IMG/VR virus record: IMGVR_UViG_3300048502_000185
Location: 26,988-90,987 of that record
Direction: 5' to 3' (one strand)
From: a virus
Taxonomy: Duplodnaviria; Caudoviricetes
DNA: 64,000 bases
Positions 58,280 through 64,000 of the stretch are shown here, piece after piece. Every line of letters begins with the position of its first letter. Position 1 is the stretch's first letter. The notes beneath the pieces are model-generated. The model had not been told where the DNA came from. It searched no databases and was given only the letters and a program-made list of their open reading frames with translations. The position numbers and the translations under genes were made by a program.

Positions 58280-58963
58280 GTGGTCATGAGTAAAATATTC
58301 TTGATTCCTTTGTTGTTTTCAATGATATGTATACTTAATTCCACAGGATGTGCAGAAACTCAATTGTATACATACCATTCGGTAGATGCTCCTTCGCATA
58401 TTGTTCATCCAACCATAATACCAATATGGATTGATTCTGGTTTTAGCAAGGACCAGGCTGAAAGTATAAAAGATGCAATCGGGGAATGGAATAAAGTATT
58501 GAATGGTCAAATGGTTCTAAAATTAGAGTCTCATATTGGAATTGGCACTGATAAGAAGTCGTATATATATCCAACTACATTTGCGAGTTATGAAGACGGT
58601 CAAGCATTGGTTGATAAAGCAACTACAAGCGATTCTGGATGGGTTATATTTGCAATAAATAGTGATAATAAAATATTGGAAAATACGCCGCCTGGAACAG
58701 TAGGATTTGTTAAAGGAATCGATGAACATTTTATAATGATTGTAGTGGATAGAATTGGAACCAGAAGTTTGAAGGATATTGTGATGCATGAGATGGGTCA
58801 TTTACTCGGTGCATTGCATGTAAACGCCCCAAGTTTGGAATATCCCGCATATGGTCCACAAGCTATGGATTGTATTGATAAAATCACAGCAGCCCAAATA
58901 TCGGTAGTTAGACGCCTAGACTTCAATAAAATGACTTACTGTTCAACGCCAATGTTTCTATAA
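58280..58963 (+). CDS. Matrixin-like metalloprotease lipoprotein
   Basis: Lipobox NSTGC; MHEMGHLLGALH; IPIWIDSGFS shared with the 60164 gene. Confidence 0.85.
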   Translation: MVMSKIFLIPLLFSMICILNSTGCAETQLYTYHSVDAPSHIVHPTIIPIWIDSGFSKDQAESIKDAIGEWNKVLNGQMVLKLESHIGIGTDKKSYIYPTTFASYEDGQALVDKATTSDSGWVIFAINSDNKILENTPPGTVGFVKGIDEHFIMIVVDRIGTRSLKDIVMHEMGHLLGALHVNAPSLEYPAYGPQAMDCIDKITAAQISVVRRLDFNKMTYCSTPMFL

Positions 58964-58977
58964 GAAAGTTTTGTTAT

Positions 58978-59796
58978 TTATATTATCTTTAGTCTTTTAT
59001 AATTGGAAATGGAACTAGTAGCAACTCCATATTCTTTCGCAATTACGGAATATAAACGAGTATCTATTTGTATAGCCTTTATTTGATCATATGTTAATTT
59101 GTAATTACCTTTTAGTTTTTTACCACCATCGTTTGGTCTTAATATAATTTTATGTCTTTTTAATATATTACAAATAGTGTTTTTACTTCCGCCGAATTTT
59201 TTACGAGTGACAGCAGTATTATTCCCTTGTAAATAATAATCTACTATTTGTAATTCAACATTCGGTTTGAATTTTTTCTTATTAGGATTTGGTCTACCTT
59301 TAGGGTTTTTTGGCCTTATTATAATTTTATGTCTTTTTAATATTTCCCTAATAGTTGATCTAGGTGTATCAAAAGCTCTTCCAACATTAGCGGTGTCGTT
59401 TCCTTGCAAATAAGAATCTACAATTTGTAATTCAATATCTGGTTTGAATTTTGTTCTACCAGACAATTTAATTATAGTTTGTGGTGAAAGTTTTCCCCTA
59501 CTTCCTCCATTCCTGATATTATAGCCATTTTTAATACTATCATATTTATCAATAAAATAGTCTTCCCAATAGTCAGCACATTCTTGGGTATTAGCAAATA
59601 TTAAGAATTGAACTTTAAAAGCAGACCATCCATATTTACAAATGGCTCTCCAAAACTTTTTACATCGTTTATATTGTATGCCATTTTTCCCTGCTCGATC
59701 TTCAATAGTTCTCCAAGTTTGACCCACATAACATTTACCGTTTATAGCATTAATATATACGTACAATATACACAAACATTCTGATCTATAGCTCAT
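58978..59796 (-). CDS. GIY-YIG homing endonuclease with two repeated C-terminal HTH-like modules
   Basis: LYVYINAINGKCYVGQT...R...E..FIDKYDSIKNGYN; FKP..ELQIVD.YLQGN repeat x2. Confidence 0.88.
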   Translation of the reverse strand: MSYRSECLCILYVYINAINGKCYVGQTWRTIEDRAGKNGIQYKRCKKFWRAICKYGWSAFKVQFLIFANTQECADYWEDYFIDKYDSIKNGYNIRNGGSRGKLSPQTIIKLSGRTKFKPDIELQIVDSYLQGNDTANVGRAFDTPRSTIREILKRHKIIIRPKNPKGRPNPNKKKFKPNVELQIVDYYLQGNNTAVTRKKFGGSKNTICNILKRHKIILRPNDGGKKLKGNYKLTYDQIKAIQIDTRLYSVIAKEYGVATSSISNYKRLKII

Positions 59797-59919
59797 GCTG
59801 AAAATATAACCATATATCAGTGGATGTCAATTGGCAATAATATTTATTTTAATTGTCCCGCGAAAAATATTTTTTTTTAAGGAAACTAATAACTTAGCAT
59901 TAAGACAAGGAATATAATA

Positions 59920-60126
59920 ATGTCAGTTACATTCATGTTATTGTTTAGTTTGTTTTGGGCTTGTGCCACTTCATATATCGCAAAGAAAAATGTTCGAAAC
60001 ACTTACTTGGCATTCTTTTTTGGATTTTGCTTTGGAGTGTTTGCATTCATAGGATATTTGATTGCCGGCAAAACACAAGATCAAAAAGACAAGGAATACA
60101 TGCGAAAAGATTATATGAATAAATGA
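59920..60126 (+). CDS. Small two-TM membrane protein
   Basis: Two hydrophobic helices; AGGA RBS. Confidence 0.65.
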   Translation: MSVTFMLLFSLFWACATSYIAKKNVRNTYLAFFFGFCFGVFAFIGYLIAGKTQDQKDKEYMRKDYMNK

Positions 60127-60163
60127 TTCACACTATTGTAATCATTATATTATATGGGATTAT

Positions 60164-60805
60164 TTGGACTACCATAATCACAGCATTAATCTGGGGGCGA
60201 CATTGAAGTATTTTCTAATGTTTATAATAATTGTCTTTCTAATGTCTTGTGCGCCGACATTGAATTATAGATATATAAATAGTCCTAATATAAAAGAAAC
60301 AAATAGCAAAGTTATTCCAATATGGATTGATACGAGATTTAGCAAAGAAGATGGAAAAAATATCAAAGAAGGATTGTCCCAATGGGAACTTGCTCTCAAC
60401 GGATATATAAAATTTAACATTGTTAGCACGAAGTTTAATATGGAAGATGCTCCATTAAAATTAGCAAATAATGGGAAGGCTTGGATATTCATAAAAATTG
60501 ATAGCAGCAATCCAATCTTGAAAACAAGTAAAGTATTTACTAATTTAACCCTGTCTTTTACGGATGATTTGGGCGGACATTATGTATATATGATTAGGGA
60601 TAGGTTTGATGATAATTGGACAAAGGGATTGGTTATGCATGAGGTAGGACATTTACTTGGGGCAGCAGATGATCATGGGAATGATTTAATGAATGCCACT
60701 TATCATTTAGAAGATACCGAATGCATTGACAAAACAACATTAACTCAGGTTGCTAATTACCAACATTTACCTATTGGTAATTTGAACTATTGCGTATATA
60801 ATTGA
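60164..60805 (+). CDS. Matrixin-like metalloprotease lipoprotein
   Basis: Lipobox FLMSC; MHEVGHLLGAADDH followed by LM. Confidence 0.85.
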   Translation: MDYHNHSINLGATLKYFLMFIIIVFLMSCAPTLNYRYINSPNIKETNSKVIPIWIDTRFSKEDGKNIKEGLSQWELALNGYIKFNIVSTKFNMEDAPLKLANNGKAWIFIKIDSSNPILKTSKVFTNLTLSFTDDLGGHYVYMIRDRFDDNWTKGLVMHEVGHLLGAADDHGNDLMNATYHLEDTECIDKTTLTQVANYQHLPIGNLNYCVYN

Positions 60806-60814
60806 ATATAAACT

Positions 60815-61141
60815 TCATATAAATGGTAGCCAACTTGATATTTTTTCGACACAATTTTGTGGTGTAATATTTGGGATATACTGGAACTGAAAAACTACTT
60901 GATGATAGTTTTTAGGAATAGATATTAAACATTTTTTATTTTCTGGATAAAATATAATTCTATAATCAATATTTTTTATATTAATATACCAAAATAATTG
61001 GTTTAAAAATGATATATCAAGGAAACAGTAATATATTGAATATGGACATATATTACATACCAACTCAACATGATCATTATAACCAGTATTACCATCAAAT
61101 GTATTTAACTTATTTTTGCAAAAATAACAATTATAAATCAT
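60815..61141 (-). CDS. Zn-ribbon family protein with TPxN C-terminal tag
   Basis: CYFC..CNIC; PNITPQNCVEKISSWLPFI; start approximate. Confidence 0.75.
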   Translation of the reverse strand: MIYNCYFCKNKLNTFDGNTGYNDHVELVCNICPYSIYYCFLDISFLNQLFWYINIKNIDYRIIFYPENKKCLISIPKNYHQVVFQFQYIPNITPQNCVEKISSWLPFI

Positions 61142-61467
61142 ATAAATGGTAGCCAGTTTGCAATTTTTTCTGTGCAATTTTCAGGAGTTATATTTGGCAA
61201 ATAATGAAAATGAAAAACTTGTTCATAATCCATCCAAGGATGGAATATTTTTTTATAAATAAAACATTCTAAATCATCTTTGGTGTAAAAAGTTATTTTT
61301 AATTCTATATTGTTAACGACAACGTCCCAGTAGATTTGACATAAAGTTGGTATCTCTGGAAACTTATAATATATTTTCAATGGACATTTATTACAAACAA
61401 AATCGCATATATCCTCATTAGTCTTATCGGATATATCCAAAACATTTTTGCAAAAATAGCAATTCAT
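61138..61467 (-). CDS. Zn-ribbon family protein with TPxN tag
   Basis: CYFC..CNKC; PNITPENCTEKIANWLPFI. Confidence 0.8.
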   Translation of the reverse strand: MNCYFCKNVLDISDKTNEDICDFVCNKCPLKIYYKFPEIPTLCQIYWDVVVNNIELKITFYTKDDLECFIYKKIFHPWMDYEQVFHFHYLPNITPENCTEKIANWLPFI

Positions 61468-61469
61468 AA

Positions 61470-61790
61470 TTATAAGAATACCAATAATTGTTTAATTTTT
61501 TCGTTTATGTTTTGCGGATTCCAGTTTTGTGGAAAATGACTTAATATAAATAGAAGTTGTGGCCAAAATTCTCCATGCAATTCATAAATCATACAGCGAT
61601 TTTCAGGAACATATATATCAACAATATATGGTTTATTATTCAGAGTAATTGTTAAAATAATATTATCCTTAACATGATAATTTACATTACAATTATTACA
61701 ATGAAGATATCCAGAATTAATTCTGGAATTAAAAGCATGGAATTGTAAGGGTGCTTGACAATATATGCAATTCATATTAGCAATAACCAA
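61470..61790 (-). CDS. Zn-ribbon family protein with TPxN tag
   Basis: CIYC..CNNC; WNPQNINEKIKQLLVFL. Confidence 0.8.
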   Translation of the reverse strand: MVIANMNCIYCQAPLQFHAFNSRINSGYLHCNNCNVNYHVKDNIILTITLNNKPYIVDIYVPENRCMIYELHGEFWPQLLFILSHFPQNWNPQNINEKIKQLLVFL

Positions 61791-62104
61791 AGAGGAAGTT
61801 TGTTTCGAATGACTTGGGGAGTTAATCCTTTTGGGATATTAATATCTACTATATGATTCCAAATTTTGCCAGTCAGCCAAATTGAAACATACTTTTCATA
61901 ATAATAAACTTCGTAATTTTTGTCATTGATATCTATATCAAAAACAATATCAACTATTCCGCTAAGTCCACGTTCAAAATATTCAATATTGCAATTATCG
62001 CATCTAATATATAACTCATTTGTTGTTTGTAGAAGTTCTTTGCAAAAATGACAAATATTACTTTTCGTGAAGCCATCTGTATTTTTCATAATAACATTAA
62101 CCAC
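61772..62104 (-). CDS. Zn-ribbon family protein with TPxN tag
   Basis: CHFC..CDNC; LTPQVIRNKLPLWLLLI. Confidence 0.8.
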   Translation of the reverse strand: MVNVIMKNTDGFTKSNICHFCKELLQTTNELYIRCDNCNIEYFERGLSGIVDIVFDIDINDKNYEVYYYEKYVSIWLTGKIWNHIVDINIPKGLTPQVIRNKLPLWLLLI

Positions 62105-62427
62105 ATTGGCAATTTTTTCAAGAAGGTAGTTGGTGTTAAGTCAGGTATATAATATAGTCTTAATATTATATGCCATTTGTCATTACGAATTCTAAATAAA
62201 TTATCTCTAACATTGAACACAGCCACGTATCCAATTCCATTATATTCAACTCGGAATCTATACCATCGCAAAAAATTACTAGGTTGATCATAGTGAAAAA
62301 CTGCCTGACAAAACTTACAATAACAATCGATGATATCATCGATTGACCCTAACATAGGGGAAACAACACAATACATGGTACGATCACAAAACTTACAATT
62401 ATATTCTGTCATGAGAATGTCATCCAT
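62086..62427 (-). CDS. Zn-ribbon family protein with TPxN tag
   Basis: CKFC..CKFC; LTPTTFLKKLPMWLMLL. Confidence 0.8.
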   Translation of the reverse strand: MDDILMTEYNCKFCDRTMYCVVSPMLGSIDDIIDCYCKFCQAVFHYDQPSNFLRWYRFRVEYNGIGYVAVFNVRDNLFRIRNDKWHIILRLYYIPDLTPTTFLKKLPMWLMLL

Positions 62428-62732
62428 AGTTTTAATTTATCATTAATATTTGTTGGTGTTAGTTCAATTTTGCAATCAATGGATAATATTTTTTTATCGG
62501 GATAAAAAGAAGTCCAAACTTCTATATGGTCAATATAATTGAGAACATCATATACCTGATCGCCTATCACAGCCGTTAAAGCACAATAATCATATTCATC
62601 ATTTTTAAAGTAAAAATAAACTAAACAATCTTTACAACCAAAGACCTCAGTATAGGCATCTGGAGGACCGTATTCCAAACAATATTTGTAGCAAAATTTG
62701 CAAGTTAATCTATTCATGAAAAGGTTAGCCAA
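62409..62732 (-). CDS. Zn-ribbon family protein with TPxN tag
   Basis: CKFC..CKDC; LTPTNINDKLKLWMTFS. Confidence 0.8.
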   Translation of the reverse strand: MANLFMNRLTCKFCYKYCLEYGPPDAYTEVFGCKDCLVYFYFKNDEYDYCALTAVIGDQVYDVLNYIDHIEVWTSFYPDKKILSIDCKIELTPTNINDKLKLWMTFS

Positions 62733-63019
62733 AGCTTAAGTTTGTCATTGACATTTTGTGGTGTTAGTTCAACTTGACAATCAATTGATAATATCGTTTG
62801 GTAAAAGGAATAGGTAGTGTAAATATCAACACGATCCATGTAATTATATATAGTATAACTTGAACCATTAATAATAGTCGAAAAAACACAATTATTATAT
62901 TTTTGATTTTTAAAATAAAACCAAACCGAACAATCATCACAACTAAAAGTATTGATATAACTTTCTTTGGAACTATATTCCTCACACAATTTTCGGCAAA
63001 ATTTGCAATTATAATTCAT
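62714..63019 (-). CDS. Zn-ribbon family protein with TPxN tag
   Basis: CKFC..CDDC; LTPQNVNDKLKLWLTFS. Confidence 0.8.
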   Translation of the reverse strand: MNYNCKFCRKLCEEYSSKESYINTFSCDDCSVWFYFKNQKYNNCVFSTIINGSSYTIYNYMDRVDIYTTYSFYQTILSIDCQVELTPQNVNDKLKLWLTFS

Positions 63020-63318
63020 GAGAATAACAAAATCATTGGTAATTTATATTTGATATTTTGTGGTGTCAAATTAATACGAAACTTTAGTTCTAATACTGAT
63101 CTCCAAATTGGGAACATCTCCCATACCCATGTATGATTATAGTAGATATATATCTTATATATTTTATCTCCTAAGATTACTTCCAAACCAATTGAATGAT
63201 TATCGTAATAAGTGGTTTTACAATGACTGCAATTCCAAGTCTCAATACATGAATTATAGAGATCTGGTTTGATTGCAGCACAAGGTATATTGCAAAACTT
63301 ACAATGGAATATATTCAT
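63016..63318 (-). CDS. Zn-ribbon family protein with TPxN tag
   Basis: CKFC..CSHC; LTPQNIKYKLPMILLFS. Confidence 0.8.
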   Translation of the reverse strand: MNIFHCKFCNIPCAAIKPDLYNSCIETWNCSHCKTTYYDNHSIGLEVILGDKIYKIYIYYNHTWVWEMFPIWRSVLELKFRINLTPQNIKYKLPMILLFS

Positions 63319-63548
63319 GAAAATAACAAAATAGTCTGAAGTTTATTTTCGATATTTTGCGGCGTCATATTTATATGAAACGGCAAATCTAATACCGTTC
63401 TCCAAATTGGGAATGTTTGCCAAATAGTCGTATGGGTTGGATAAAAATATATTTTATATTTTTTATCATTTAGTTTTACTTCCAATGTGGACATTAGAAC
63501 ACAAAATCCTTTACAATTCCAACAATTAAAATAATTCATTGAAAACAT
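63315..63548 (-). CDS. Zn-ribbon family protein, internally shortened (second CxxC missing)
   Basis: CWNC only; MTPQNIENKLQTILLFS. Confidence 0.7.
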   Translation of the reverse strand: MFSMNYFNCWNCKGFCVLMSTLEVKLNDKKYKIYFYPTHTTIWQTFPIWRTVLDLPFHINMTPQNIENKLQTILLFS

Positions 63549-63910
63549 CTCAAAATCTTTAATTTGTTATTCAACTTATCTAGGTCATTAAAATCAGGCA
63601 TAAAATTATTCCATACTTGAAAAGGTCCCATTGTTATTTGTCCTTTCGGGAATAGTTTGTGGTAAATTACAGTTTTGCCAGCCATAATACTTTGATGTTT
63701 ATCCGAATACATATAAATAGAAAAATCTGTGATAGTAAATTGCAAATATAATAGGTCCAAATCTTTAAAAGATGTAAAATAATATTGTCTAAATTCGCAT
63801 TTTTTACACGCCTCTTCTAGCCAACCAATATTATATTGAGTTCGTTTGAATGAAGTTGAACGGTTCGCAGCCTCACAAATTGGACACTTATTGTATTTAT
63901 ACAAAATCAT
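63536..63910 (-). CDS. Divergent Zn-ribbon family protein
   Basis: CPIC..CKKC; ends LNNKLKILRCFQ. Confidence 0.7.
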   Translation of the reverse strand: MILYKYNKCPICEAANRSTSFKRTQYNIGWLEEACKKCEFRQYYFTSFKDLDLLYLQFTITDFSIYMYSDKHQSIMAGKTVIYHKLFPKGQITMGPFQVWNNFMPDFNDLDKLNNKLKILRCFQ

Positions 63911-63976
63911 CAGAATACCATATATTTTACAAATCTTTCAAATTCTTCTTGAGTTTTGCAAGGCACATATTTTCCA
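63910..63976 (-). CDS. 3' end of another tagged gene (truncated by contig end)
   Basis: ...KYVPCKTQEEFERFVKYMVF*. Confidence 0.65.
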
Positions 63977-64000
63977 GTACTCTGCGTTGATACCACTGCT
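63977..64000 (-). other. Library adapter (SMART-type oligo), not biological
   Basis: Reverse complement is AGCAGTGGTATCAACGCAGAGTAC. Confidence 0.95.

Noticed and set aside
1-64000. Eukaryotic giant virus (NCLDV) origin
   Set aside because: SD-type RBSs, sigma54 promoters, intrinsic terminators, lipoboxes, DUF2786 and FtsK all point to a bacteriophage

Overview
A 64-kb piece of the accessory (non-structural) region of a large dsDNA bacteriophage, apparently ending at a contig end. The last 24 nt are a SMART-type library adapter. Almost all genes are short, lie on the minus strand and have SD-like RBSs; no capsid, terminase, polymerase or integrase gene is visible. Recognisable genes: split HNH and intact GIY-YIG homing endonucleases, an FtsK/SpoIIIE-type ATPase, a Zn-deaminase, a beta-class DNA methyltransferase next to a PD-(D/E)xK-like nuclease, DUF2786, a pentapeptide-repeat protein, three matrixin-like lipoproteins and tRNA-Leu(CAA). 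Four unusual layers of organisation stand out. (1) A strand-polarised motif, YGATGGG(A) on + or (T)CCCATCR on the coding strand, occurs over 110 times by eye up to ~50.6 kb. It often sits 0-8 nt after stop codons and forms longer direct repeats around foreign-looking inserts. (2) About 12 sigma54-type -24/-12 promoters lie between 30.7 and 49.9 kb, seven directly behind intrinsic terminators. (3) Two paralog repertoires each carry a constant C-terminal tag: 34 HREDGPA-repeat genes ending ...RLMRLKAFW and 10 Zn-ribbon genes ending ...TPQNI.EKL..WL.F(S/I). (4) A three-copy non-coding element and a G-rich/AT-rich block mark domain boundaries. A myxobacterial-type host is inferred, not shown, from DAG/DAS-rich Cys-rich lipoproteins and sigma54 use.
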